Shown here piece by piece: positions 32,133 through 41,407 of a DNA stretch of 47,182 bases. The first letter of the stretch is position 1; every line of letters starts with the position of its first letter. Source of the stretch: Helicobacter sp. CLO-3. Lineage in GTDB: Bacteria; Campylobacterota; Campylobacteria; Campylobacterales; Helicobacteraceae. Both the position numbers and the translations under genes were made by a program. The stretch spans positions 1 through 47,182 of the forward strand of contig NZ_MLQN01000019.1 in NCBI RefSeq assembly GCF_001854545.1, given 5' to 3'. The notes below the pieces were generated by a model that had not been told where the DNA came from, did no database searches, and saw nothing but the letters and a program-made list of their open reading frames with translations.

Positions 32133-33200
32133 ATGATAACCAAATATCCAAAAATCCGCCCCAGCACAAAAGGCACAAAAAACGCAAAAAGTGCAAAAGG
32201 CGTAAAAAGCGTAAAATGTTTCACAAAGCACATATTAATGTCGCAAATATCGCGCATATTAACATCTTGCGCGCTTAGCATCGCGATATGCTTCCTCGCC
32301 ACAAGCGCACTAGAATCCACAGAATTAGGCCAGCGCCCACAAGCCACAAACACCACAAACGCTGCAAACATCATCACAAGCACCACAAACACCACAAGTG
32401 CAAATAGCACCATACAACCCATAAGCGCAAGCATCACCCAGCAAGCTCCCAAAACACCACAGCGATACACCACCGATCTAGAGGAAGTGGGCTTACACAT
32501 GCAGTTTGTATGGCTGAAGTCAAACCTGCCTTATGCAGAGCATGACAATGACACTTTTGCGCACTTTCCTGCATGGCATTTCCCTATAATGCAGCCTTAT
32601 AACACCAGCTTTTTGACGCGCCAGCTTCTTCCCAAGCCTGAATATGTGGTCAATATGCAGTGGGCGGATGGCAGCTATGATGATAGCATGCCTTTTTGGC
32701 TTTGGCTGTATTGGGGGATGTCGGATAGTATGATATTGGATATGGATGATAAAAGCCTGTGTTTTTCTGCCAAAGGTGTCGGCTGTCTGCTGCCCTATGC
32801 GCCAAAATTTAAAAAAGACGCCGCGCTTTACGCCCTGCCAAAAGTGGATTCTGATACGCTGCATAAGCTATCAAGCGACGATATCGTGTTTCCTGTGGCG
32901 CTTAGCAGTGATGGCAAGTTTTATCAAGTGATAGTTTTCCCGCAGATGCAGGGCATCACCAAACAAAAAACCGCAGAGGATGCGTATGAGTATATGGATT
33001 CTCTTGTGGAGCAGGGGAGGGTGCCGCTCAATGGATTTGTCAAAAAATCTGTGATAAAAAAGCTAAATAAAGGCAACCCTCTGACAAAAATCGATCCAAA
33101 CTACTCCGATGCGCCGGTATTTTTCACGCTGCCTTTTGATATAGATTTCAAATATATGGATGAGGAGAAGCGAGCGCATTTCAAAGCGGTGGATGAGTAG
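32133..33200 (+). CDS. Hypothetical membrane-anchored or secreted protein with a T/N-rich sequon-dense segment
   Basis: Strong SD AAAGGAG 6 nt before the ATG. Lys-rich N-region, then a hydrophobic segment (ILTSCALSIAICFLATSA), then ATNTTNAANIITSTTNTTSANSTIQ (three NX(S/T) sequons in 25 aa), then a ~250-aa W/Y/D-rich globular region. No recognisable family. Confidence 0.6.
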   Translation: MITKYPKIRPSTKGTKNAKSAKGVKSVKCFTKHILMSQISRILTSCALSIAICFLATSALESTELGQRPQATNTTNAANIITSTTNTTSANSTIQPISASITQQAPKTPQRYTTDLEEVGLHMQFVWLKSNLPYAEHDNDTFAHFPAWHFPIMQPYNTSFLTRQLLPKPEYVVNMQWADGSYDDSMPFWLWLYWGMSDSMILDMDDKSLCFSAKGVGCLLPYAPKFKKDAALYALPKVDSDTLHKLSSDDIVFPVALSSDGKFYQVIVFPQMQGITKQKTAEDAYEYMDSLVEQGRVPLNGFVKKSVIKKLNKGNPLTKIDPNYSDAPVFFTLPFDIDFKYMDEEKRAHFKAVDE

Positions 33201-33308
33201 GCGCGGATGAATGGGCGGCAAGTGCAGGGCAAAAGCATGAAATGCTAAGGTAGGGCGCGTTTATCGCGCTTTGGCTTTATCTAGTGCATTTAGAAAAAGG
33301 TAGCCAAA

Positions 33309-34436
33309 ATGACAAAAACAGCACAAACAGCACAAACAGCACAAACAGCACAAATACCAGCAGTGGTAAAATATGTAAAACACCAGCTAGGCGCATATTT
33401 TGTGCGCTTTATGCGTTTTATGCGCTTTGCTTGGCTAAGTGCCTTGCTGTTTGCAAGTGCGGCTAGCGCTTCAGATTTTGTCTATGGGCGCGCGATTATC
33501 GCTAGCGATAAGGTATTTTTCCTCGCAGATCGCGGCGCAAGGTCTGGCAACACGCCACCGCCAAACTACATCATGCCAAATCAAGTATTTGCATTTAGCC
33601 ATTTTGACAGAAGTGGCAGAAACGACAAATCTTCGCTTTGCGGGGACTCTAGCCAAAAAATCGCAGATGATAGCGGTATAGTGCGCTGCATCACCCCAAA
33701 AAGCACCAATATAGTCATAAACCCCGCTTTGCATGTTAACATCATGCGACTAAAAATAAGCGCGCAAGAATCATCACTAGATAAATTGTCACCGGATGAA
33801 TCGTCACCAGCAGAATCTAGTCTAGGCAAATCTAGCCCCGCAAAATCCAGCGCGCGCCAATACAAAGAAATAAGCAAGCGCTATGGCTTTGGGCGCAATG
33901 AGCGGAATGGTATCGTGCAGTGGGGCTGGACGACTTCTGATATACCTGATGATGTGCTGGGATTTCAAGAGGTGGTGCTGGCGCATAGTGATAGCGCGCT
34001 GAAGCTTTATAAAGAGCCTTTGCTAGAATCTGAAATCATCCTGCAAGGCGTGCATGCGAGCTCTAGCGCGATACTGCCGCGCACAGCAGAATCTAAAAGA
34101 GCGCGCGATGATATAGCGAGTGGCAAAAAGATAGTGCCAGATGCTACGACTGCGAATATGGCGCTGCTGGCAATCCCAGAGGTGTTGTTTGAAAGCTATT
34201 TGGGCGATCGTATATTTTTGGTAGGGTATGTGGAGGGTGAAAAAAATAGCGCTTCGCCAAACAAAGCAGAATCCAAATCAAGGCCTCGAGCAGAATCCAA
34301 GCAAACAGAATCCCAAGCGGAATCTAAAAATAAGGCAGAATCCAAAAAAGGCAGATTCTACCAAGCGATAGTGGTGCGCGATGAGTCGGTGTATTTTTGG
34401 GATATTTTGCAGAAAATGAATTACAATCCACGATAA
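33309..34436 (+). CDS. Hypothetical secreted protein with an N-terminal (TAQ)4 repeat and Ser/Glu/Lys-rich low-complexity runs
   Basis: SD AAAAAGG. Hydrophobic signal-like segment FAWLSALLFASAASASD after an extended N-region. A 9-nt repeat x4 at 33321-33356. AESK-type C-terminal repeats. Confidence 0.55.
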   Translation: MTKTAQTAQTAQTAQIPAVVKYVKHQLGAYFVRFMRFMRFAWLSALLFASAASASDFVYGRAIIASDKVFFLADRGARSGNTPPPNYIMPNQVFAFSHFDRSGRNDKSSLCGDSSQKIADDSGIVRCITPKSTNIVINPALHVNIMRLKISAQESSLDKLSPDESSPAESSLGKSSPAKSSARQYKEISKRYGFGRNERNGIVQWGWTTSDIPDDVLGFQEVVLAHSDSALKLYKEPLLESEIILQGVHASSSAILPRTAESKRARDDIASGKKIVPDATTANMALLAIPEVLFESYLGDRIFLVGYVEGEKNSASPNKAESKSRPRAESKQTESQAESKNKAESKKGRFYQAIVVRDESVYFWDILQKMNYNPR

Positions 34437-35980
34437 ATAAGCAAAATAGCTCCAAAAACTTACCAAAAGTAGAAGGCGCTACGCTTGCTTTATCAGATAC
34501 GCCAGCAAATCTTGCAAAAGCTAACCTCACGCTTTTTGACAATCAATACTCTGGAATAAAACAGCGCGCATACATAAGCCATGCGCTAGAGAATCTAGAT
34601 AGCATAAAAGTAGAGTTCAACTTAGATGATGAGAGGATCTATCTAGCAGATTCTAGCGTTTTGCCGCTGCTTCCCATAAGTCAAGAGATAGATTATTATC
34701 TAAGCGCGGAGGATCGTGCCAACCTTGCGACTATCGCGCGCAGCAGAGGCATGCTAAAGATCCCAGCGACGCTAAATATCACGCTAGATTATAGCTTGGG
34801 CGAGCATGTGGCGCTGGAGCCTGAGGTAAAGCTAGTCTCTCTAAGTAGCAAAGGGTCAAAATCTACTAACGCAGCAGCGCAAATCAGGGGATTGGCACCA
34901 AATAATGCAGCACCAAATAATGCAGGATTTATACCACAAAGCACCGATACCCAAACGCACAAAAAACTATACGAGCGCTCATGTATGAGCGAGAATCTAG
35001 TGCGTAAAGGGTTTTTGGAGATTTATTCTATTGATAAAGAAGAGATTGATAAAAACGACATCGCCAAAGATTCTGCAGATTCTACAGGCTCTATAGATTC
35101 TGCGCAAGGCGATTCTGACAAAGCCAAAAACATGCTCTACACACTCTATATCAGCAAAATAGACGCAGCAAATAGCATACTGCTAACAAGGCCTGCAGAA
35201 TCCGCAGCGCAAAACACCCTCAAAAACAAGGAGTTCGCATCCAAAGATTTTATCCAAATTTGCTATGGCTTTGCGAGCGATAAAGATGGGATTAAGTGCA
35301 TGCCTTTTGGCTTCGTGCGCGCGGATGATATCATCTCTTGCAGGGACTATGATAGCAAAAATGCGCCAGATTATGCGCTGGCAAAAGCGGTGCTAAAAGC
35401 CATTAGCGAGCTAGAATCTAAGCCGATAGATTCTACTAGCTTTGCGCTTTATAAAAGCGGCGCAGAAAATAGCGGGCAAGCGCAAACGCAGACACTAATA
35501 GGGCAGATTACCAAAGTAAAAAGCCTAAAAGAAGGCATAGAGCTAGCAAAAAGCTATAAAATGGATGATATATCACTGCTAGAGCAGATACCAAAAGACA
35601 GCACCACGCCAAATGCTAGCAAGGCAAAAGCGCGCCAAACGCCACAAGCGCCTTATGGCAGCGATAGAAGAGTGCGCTACAATCGCGGGAGAGATTATGT
35701 AGAGCCAGAAGCGGAGGCGCATTTCATTTTCCTAAACGAACCAAAAGCGCTAGAAAAGCTAGCCAGCAAATCACAGCTCAAATCCCAGCCACTAGGCGAC
35801 ACGACTTTGCTTTATACAAAGCGTCCTTTTGGTGGCGAAAAAGACATCCGCGCCCTGCTAAAAAAGCCCAAGCAATCAGACTTCACCCAAGAGATTTTGG
35901 CGATATATCATAGAAATATCTATATTTTTAGCGAGGATAGTGTGATATATTTGGATGGGCGCAAGCTGCTTGATAGATGA
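34397..35980 (+). CDS. Hypothetical 527-aa protein (TTG start, 40-nt overlap with the upstream gene)
   Basis: Long ORF with protein-like composition. No signal peptide or known motif seen. The start is uncertain: TTG at 34397, and the first in-frame ATG is far downstream. Could be translationally coupled or a frameshifted continuation. Confidence 0.45.
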   Translation: MGYFAENELQSTINKQNSSKNLPKVEGATLALSDTPANLAKANLTLFDNQYSGIKQRAYISHALENLDSIKVEFNLDDERIYLADSSVLPLLPISQEIDYYLSAEDRANLATIARSRGMLKIPATLNITLDYSLGEHVALEPEVKLVSLSSKGSKSTNAAAQIRGLAPNNAAPNNAGFIPQSTDTQTHKKLYERSCMSENLVRKGFLEIYSIDKEEIDKNDIAKDSADSTGSIDSAQGDSDKAKNMLYTLYISKIDAANSILLTRPAESAAQNTLKNKEFASKDFIQICYGFASDKDGIKCMPFGFVRADDIISCRDYDSKNAPDYALAKAVLKAISELESKPIDSTSFALYKSGAENSGQAQTQTLIGQITKVKSLKEGIELAKSYKMDDISLLEQIPKDSTTPNASKAKARQTPQAPYGSDRRVRYNRGRDYVEPEAEAHFIFLNEPKALEKLASKSQLKSQPLGDTTLLYTKRPFGGEKDIRALLKKPKQSDFTQEILAIYHRNIYIFSEDSVIYLDGRKLLDR

Positions 35981-36321
35981 GCTAAATAAGCTAAATAAGA
36001 TTTAAGCTAGGTGGATTCTGGCTTTTGGCGCTTGCATTTTGTGGTGTGGCTTTTTGCGCGCGTGCGAGGGCGAGAAGGCAAAAAGGCGGGCGCGGGTGTG
36101 TGGATATAGATTCTAGCTTTTGGCGCATATCTTGCGCGCTTTGTTTGAGTTTGGCACTTTTGGCAAATCTAGAATCTAAAAGGCAAAATCCAAAAAGCAG
36201 AATCTAAACCCAGAATCCAGAATGAAAAACCAAGAATCCAAAACCAAAAAGCCCAAAAAACCTACAATCTAAACTCAAAAACCCAAATCCACCCCTCCAA
36301 ACATCTATCATGATTTCCCGG

Positions 36322-37644
36322 CTATTTATCGCGCCAGAGGCTAGACAAACGCTCAATATTTGCAAAAAGCTCATTTGAAGCCGCTTCCATCGCTTTAAAA
36401 TCCTGCACCACAGCGCCCTCATCCGCTTTGTCATAGGCTTTTTGCACGCCAACTTTTGCGGATTCTATGACTATTTGGTGCGTCCTTATGATATTTGCCA
36501 GCGCGTCATTATTGGCGTAGAGTTTTTGCCCGCGATTTTCTAGCCAGCATCCAAAAAGCCCCGCCAGCTCATCTTGGATGCCCTCGCTATCGCTACCATT
36601 TAGCACCCTATCATACGCATTTGCTTTGAAAATCAGATAATCAAGCATCAATAGATTCCCAGACAAGCCAGAGATGACAGATTTCGCATCCTTGCTTACA
36701 GCGTTTGAGCCCTCCATTGTCTCTTGCAGCACCTCTTTGAAATCGCCCATCATTTGGTTAAACGCCTCCATTTGCGCATTCATCGACTGCGAGTTGTCAT
36801 ACACAGAGTTGGTATCTTGCTGAAATACATTGATTTGTGTTTGGATTTCTTTCGTGGCGGTTTGTGTTTTTTCTGCTAGCTTTCGCACCTCATCCGCCAC
36901 GACAGCAAATCCGCGCCCATGCTCGCCCGCCCGCGCAGCTTCGATAGCGGCGTTTAGCGCGAGTAGGTTTGTCTGCTCGGCGATGTCATCTATCGCGCTT
37001 ACGATAGAGCGCATCTCTTCGCTGCGCTTGGCTATGGCATCAGCGTAAGAGGAGTTTGTGGAGATGAGCTGGGATATTTGCTCGAGCGCTTCTAGCGTGC
37101 TTGCTATTTTGCTGTAGTTTGCCTCGCTTTTTTGCGCGGTGGATTCTACGACGCTTAGCATATTTTCTAGGCGCGTGTTTGAGGTGGTGAAGCTTTTTTG
37201 CATGAAGCGCTGCTGCTTGAGATTCTCATTTATTTGGCTTAGCGTGGTGGTGAGATTTTGGTGTTTGCTTAGGGCGAGCGCGGTTTGTATCGCATGCACG
37301 CTTTTATTTATCTGCGCGCCGACATTGCCTAGATTTGGCAGCAATCCGCTAGTGAGAAATGGGCGGAATCTAGTGCTACTAGCACTACTAGTCGCCGCTG
37401 TAGTTTCGCGCATAAAAGTCTCTAGCTGATCTAGCATCTGATTTATCCCATGCGAAATTTTGCCAACATCCAGATTGCAGCGCTCCGTGATCCGCGGCTC
37501 GAAATTCCCCGCATTCATCTCATCGACGACCGCCAAAATCTTTTTCATATGATTGCGCGCGATTTTTATCCTATAGCCTTGCTCTAGCATCACTGCCAAA
37601 AGCACCAAACACACAACGCCTAAAATCCATACAGCTATTATCAT
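36322..37644 (-). CDS. Membrane-anchored methyl-accepting chemotaxis-type transducer (TM, HAMP-like, MCP signalling domain, possible C-terminal CZB-like domain)
   Basis: N-terminal TM ([19 protein letters not shown]). Highly conserved MCP signalling motif [34 protein letters not shown]. The C-terminal ~110 aa carry His/Cys/Trp residues (FGCWLENRG ... IRTHQIV) reminiscent of a chemoreceptor zinc-binding domain. Confidence 0.85.
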   Translation of the reverse strand: MIIAVWILGVVCLVLLAVMLEQGYRIKIARNHMKKILAVVDEMNAGNFEPRITERCNLDVGKISHGINQMLDQLETFMRETTAATSSASSTRFRPFLTSGLLPNLGNVGAQINKSVHAIQTALALSKHQNLTTTLSQINENLKQQRFMQKSFTTSNTRLENMLSVVESTAQKSEANYSKIASTLEALEQISQLISTNSSYADAIAKRSEEMRSIVSAIDDIAEQTNLLALNAAIEAARAGEHGRGFAVVADEVRKLAEKTQTATKEIQTQINVFQQDTNSVYDNSQSMNAQMEAFNQMMGDFKEVLQETMEGSNAVSKDAKSVISGLSGNLLMLDYLIFKANAYDRVLNGSDSEGIQDELAGLFGCWLENRGQKLYANNDALANIIRTHQIVIESAKVGVQKAYDKADEGAVVQDFKAMEAASNELFANIERLSSLWRDK

Positions 37645-37704
37645 TTTTGCTCCTTTTATTTATTTTTGCTCGCTATGTTATTGCTTATTTATTCGCCCAC
37701 CTAT

Positions 37705-38208
37705 TTATTTGTCTGCCAGCTTCTCGCCCACTTGCAAATGCATGACAAAGTCCTCATAGCACGCGCCAAGATTCTCGAAAAATTCGCCAAACACTTGCGC
37801 GCCCGCCTTTATCCCGCCGCTAGATTCTGCTTGACACATTTTTGCATAAAGCTCGCCTATCTTTTGCACGCCCTCCCTGCTAGGCTCTCTACGCACCGAG
37901 TAGTATCCGATGATTTGCCCGCGCGCATCAAATGAAGGCGTGACATTGACAAACACCCAGTAAAAATCACCATTTTTGGCGAGATTTTTGACATAGACAT
38001 TTACTTCGCGCCCTTTGGTGATATGCTCCCACAGATACGCAAACACCGCGCGCGGCATATCCGGATGGCGCACGATAGAATGCGGCTTGCCTATAAGTTC
38101 GTTCTCGCAGAATCCAGAAATCTCCACAAACGCGTCATTGCAATAGGTGATTTTGCCCTTTGTGTCGGTTTTGGATACCAAAAATCCCTTTACCATTTTT
38201 TCGCTCAT
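37705..38208 (-). CDS. Cytoplasmic PAS-domain protein (CetB/Aer-like energy-taxis sensor partner)
   Basis: 167 aa from the ATG at 38208 (SD AGGA). PAS core (ITYCNDAFVEISGFCENELIGKPHSIVRHPDMP) of the FAD-binding Aer-type. Lies 60 nt upstream of, and co-oriented with, the MCP gene. Confidence 0.8.
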   Translation of the reverse strand: MSEKMVKGFLVSKTDTKGKITYCNDAFVEISGFCENELIGKPHSIVRHPDMPRAVFAYLWEHITKGREVNVYVKNLAKNGDFYWVFVNVTPSFDARGQIIGYYSVRREPSREGVQKIGELYAKMCQAESSGGIKAGAQVFGEFFENLGACYEDFVMHLQVGEKLADK

Positions 38209-38358
38209 TTTGTGTCCTTTGGCTTTAGTTTGCGGAAGTATAGGAAAAAGCGCGTGGCGGTTGTATAAGTTATTTGGGTAAAAATACAAGTTTTTTGATT
38301 TATGTTAAGCATTGTTTCGTATAATTCGCAGAATCTAAAATTTTGAAGGAGCTTAACA

Positions 38359-39426
38359 ATGGAAAAGGCAAATAATCGCGACAATTTCGGCAATCCCGAT
38401 AACTCTAATAACCCCAATAATCGCAGAAACTTTATCAAAGCCGGCGTGGGTGCTTGCGCGGTGCTGGGATTTGGCGGGGCATTGTCGAGCTTGGGCGCAA
38501 AAGGCGCGGATTCTACTAAAACAGATTCTGGCAAAGCGGATTCTGGCAAATCTGGCAAAATAGATTCTAGCAAACTAGATTCTAGTAAAGCGGATTCCAC
38601 CAGCACTTCAGAATCTAGCGCAAAGCAAGAATCCATCACGCTAAATAATGGCGTGCAAATGCCACTCATCGGACTTGGGACTTACGCACTCACCGGCGCG
38701 CAAGGTGTCAGCGTAGTCAAAGAAGCGGCAAAGCTTGGCTATCGCCTCTTTGACACCGCGCAAATGTATAACAACGAGCGCGAGGTGGCGCAGGGTTTGC
38801 GTGAAAGTGGCGTGGCGCGTGAAAAGCTTTTTATCATGACAAAACTTTCAAGCGATATGAGTTATGAAGAGACGAAGCGCCATATCGATAGGACTTTGGC
38901 GGAGATGAAGCTGGAGTATTTTGACTTGCTTTTGTTGCATCGCGATTTTTCATCAAGAGATGCGATGTATAGGGCGATGGAGGAATTTTACGCGCAAGGC
39001 AAGCTAAAAGCGCTTGGCATCTCAAATTTTCGAGAAAAGGCGTATTTGGACTTTATCAAAACCTGCAAGATAATGCCTGCGGTCAATCAAATGGAGACGC
39101 ATATTTTCTTGCAGCACAGCGCGTATCAAAAGTTTATGCGTGAAAATGGTGGGTGCGCGCTGCAGTCGTGGAGTCCTTTTGATTCTGGGCGCAAGGGGTT
39201 TTTCACAAATGAAATTCTGATGAAAATCGCCAAAAAGCATAATAAAAGTGTCGCGCAAGTGGCTTTGCGCTGGCTTACACAGCGCGGTGTGGTGGCGATA
39301 CCAAAAACCTCTAAAATAGAGCGGCTGAAAGAGAATCTAAATATCTTTGATTTTGTGCTTGATGAATCCGACCTCGCACAAATTGCCAAACTAGACACCG
39401 GCAAAAGTTCTGTCGGCTGGTGGTGA
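38359..39426 (+). CDS. Tat-exported aldo/keto reductase
   Basis: Twin-arginine signal (NRRNFIKAGVGACAVLGFGGALSSLGA). AKR motifs (GLGTYAL, LFDTAQMYNNE, LLLHRDF, ISNF). A Ser/Asp/Lys-rich low-complexity insertion (DSGKADSGKSGKIDSSKLDSSKADSTSTSESS) sits just after the signal peptide. Confidence 0.85.
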   Translation: MEKANNRDNFGNPDNSNNPNNRRNFIKAGVGACAVLGFGGALSSLGAKGADSTKTDSGKADSGKSGKIDSSKLDSSKADSTSTSESSAKQESITLNNGVQMPLIGLGTYALTGAQGVSVVKEAAKLGYRLFDTAQMYNNEREVAQGLRESGVAREKLFIMTKLSSDMSYEETKRHIDRTLAEMKLEYFDLLLLHRDFSSRDAMYRAMEEFYAQGKLKALGISNFREKAYLDFIKTCKIMPAVNQMETHIFLQHSAYQKFMRENGGCALQSWSPFDSGRKGFFTNEILMKIAKKHNKSVAQVALRWLTQRGVVAIPKTSKIERLKENLNIFDFVLDESDLAQIAKLDTGKSSVGWW

Positions 39427-39487
39427 GTAGATAAAAATTTTGTGCGATAGTGCATGCATCAAAATCTAAGAAATCCAAGGCAAAAGC

Positions 39488-39976
39488 ATGGCATACACGA
39501 TAAAAGAAGTCGAAAAACTAACCGGTGTGAGCGCGCATACGATTAGGTATTGGGCGAAGCGCGGGCTGTTTTCACATATCGAGCGCGATGAAAACAATGT
39601 GCGCTATTTTTCAGAGCGCGATTTGCAATGGGTGGCGCTGGCGCAGTGCATGCGCGAGACTGGCATGAGTATCGCTAAAATCAGCGAGTTTGTCGAGCTT
39701 TGCAAGCTAGGCGATAGCAGCATCCCCCAGCGACTTGAGATGATAAAGGCTCAAGAACGCGAGATCATCGCCACTTTGCAAAGCTATGAAAAAGCGCTCA
39801 AAGTCGTGCAAAAAAAGATAGAATCCTATGAAAACGCCCTAAGCACGCAAAAGCCAGACGCGCTTACTTTGGGGAGTGATGAGAGGCTTCGCGATTACTA
39901 CAAACAAGATCGCGCCTACAAAAGCCTGCAAGACAACGCCAGCGGCAAAAGAAAGCTCGCAAAACGCAAAAAATAA
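39488..39976 (+). CDS. MerR-family transcriptional regulator
   Basis: N-terminal MerR HTH (YTIKEVEKLTGVSAHTIRYWAKRGLF), coiled-coil dimerisation helix, basic C-terminal tail. 162 aa. Confidence 0.85.
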   Translation: MAYTIKEVEKLTGVSAHTIRYWAKRGLFSHIERDENNVRYFSERDLQWVALAQCMRETGMSIAKISEFVELCKLGDSSIPQRLEMIKAQEREIIATLQSYEKALKVVQKKIESYENALSTQKPDALTLGSDERLRDYYKQDRAYKSLQDNASGKRKLAKRKK

Positions 39977-40111
39977 TCACGCAGTCAAAAAAGGGCGAAA
40001 TCATAAAAATAAAAATGCTAAAAAACCAAGTAAAATACAAGCACGATTTGACACAAACAAAATCAGCAAACAATATCAACAGGCAATCTGGAAAATTTAA
40101 AAAGGAGCCAA

Positions 40112-41314
40112 ATGCCCCTCACGCAAAATAATAGTAAAAATCTCACCATAGGATTTTTGTGTGGCAAAAAAGAGCTTGGGACGAGCGCGGCTTATTGCAA
40201 AGCACTTTTTGCGCTTAAACAAATATATCGCTGTCGCTTGGTGCTTTTTGGCAATGCAATAACGCAAAATCTTTACTCACAATGCGACTTCATCGATGAG
40301 AATCTAGACATGGGCGAGCCGGACACCAGCATCAAAAGCCCCAAATCGCGCGAGCAAATCGCTACGATAAATAGCTGTGCGCTTGATTATCTTATCGTCG
40401 CTGATGCAAAAAGCGCATTTATTAGATTTTGTCTCACCACTAGCGCTAGGCGCGTCATCTGCGGGCTCAAAGCTATCAGCCTGCTATCATGGCGCACGCG
40501 CACCATCCCCATATATGCCAGCGCAAAATACGCCAATACACATTATGATGATTTGCTGCTTTATTTTGCTCGCAGGATAAACCCCAGAATCTATGAAGCG
40601 CGCGTAGGCGAGGTGGATTTCTCGCATGCTAGATTTTATGCAGATGATAAAGCGAAGCAAAAAGTGGATGTTTTTCTGGCAAAACATGGCGTAGAAAAAG
40701 CATTTGTAATATCAGGCAAAGCTAGCGCAGAATCTGTAGAATCTAAAGCTAGTGTATCGGGCATGGATTCCGCATGCCTTGTTGCCCCCCCCCCTATCGA
40801 GAAATCACTATTTGACAAATCACATACTAGCCACCGCCCAAAGCTAATCCTCATAAATCCTTTCAATGTAAATAACCCGCACACGCTTCCGCTCGTGTAT
40901 TGGCTAGAGCTTATCGCGCGCATAAGCCAAAATAGCGCATATAAAGTGGTGATAGCGACTTATCCAGCGGTGGCGGAGTCGTTTGCCCGTGCGCTAGATT
41001 CTCTGCCAAATAATGTGCGCGAGCGCATCGCGGTGTTTCACAACGACGCAAACCTCCTAAATCTGGTGGCTTTGCTTGAGAAAATGGACTGCCTCATATC
41101 CCCAAGCACCGGCACGATACACATAGCAAATGTGCTAAAAATCCCTGCTATAGGACTATACGCAGACTATGATAGAGGCAGATGGGGGCATGAAAATATC
41201 CGCTATGTCTGCGTGCCAGATAGAGCGCAAAATCTCACACAAGTGCAATGTCAAGGGATTATCGCAAATACCATAAGTCTAGTGGATTCTATTTGTCAAG
41301 TAGAATCCAAATAG
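40112..41314 (+). CDS. GT9-family (ADP-heptose:LPS heptosyltransferase-like) glycosyltransferase carrying an in-frame poly-C tract
   Basis: The C-terminal domain carries the GT9 signature (KLILINPFNVNNPHTLP ... MDCLISPSTGTIHIANVLKIPAIGLYAD, comparable to LLISNDSGPMHLAAALG). SD AAAGGAG. A C10 run at 40785-40794 encodes APPP. Confidence 0.75.
   Translation: MPLTQNNSKNLTIGFLCGKKELGTSAAYCKALFALKQIYRCRLVLFGNAITQNLYSQCDFIDENLDMGEPDTSIKSPKSREQIATINSCALDYLIVADAKSAFIRFCLTTSARRVICGLKAISLLSWRTRTIPIYASAKYANTHYDDLLLYFARRINPRIYEARVGEVDFSHARFYADDKAKQKVDVFLAKHGVEKAFVISGKASAESVESKASVSGMDSACLVAPPPIEKSLFDKSHTSHRPKLILINPFNVNNPHTLPLVYWLELIARISQNSAYKVVIATYPAVAESFARALDSLPNNVRERIAVFHNDANLLNLVALLEKMDCLISPSTGTIHIANVLKIPAIGLYADYDRGRWGHENIRYVCVPDRAQNLTQVQCQGIIANTISLVDSICQVESK
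40785..40794 (+). repeat. Homopolymeric C10 tract inside the GT9 glycosyltransferase ORF (candidate phase-variation switch)
   Basis: gttg-CCCCCCCCCC-tatcgag counted directly. It is in frame in this sequence, so it is read as the ON state. Confidence 0.8.
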
Positions 41315-41407
41315 TCTATCGCCAAAGCGGCACATATTGCATCTGTAAGCAAAATATAAGCCGCACAAAGTATAATTAGCCTTTATCAAACTTTAAAGAT
41401 TCTCATA

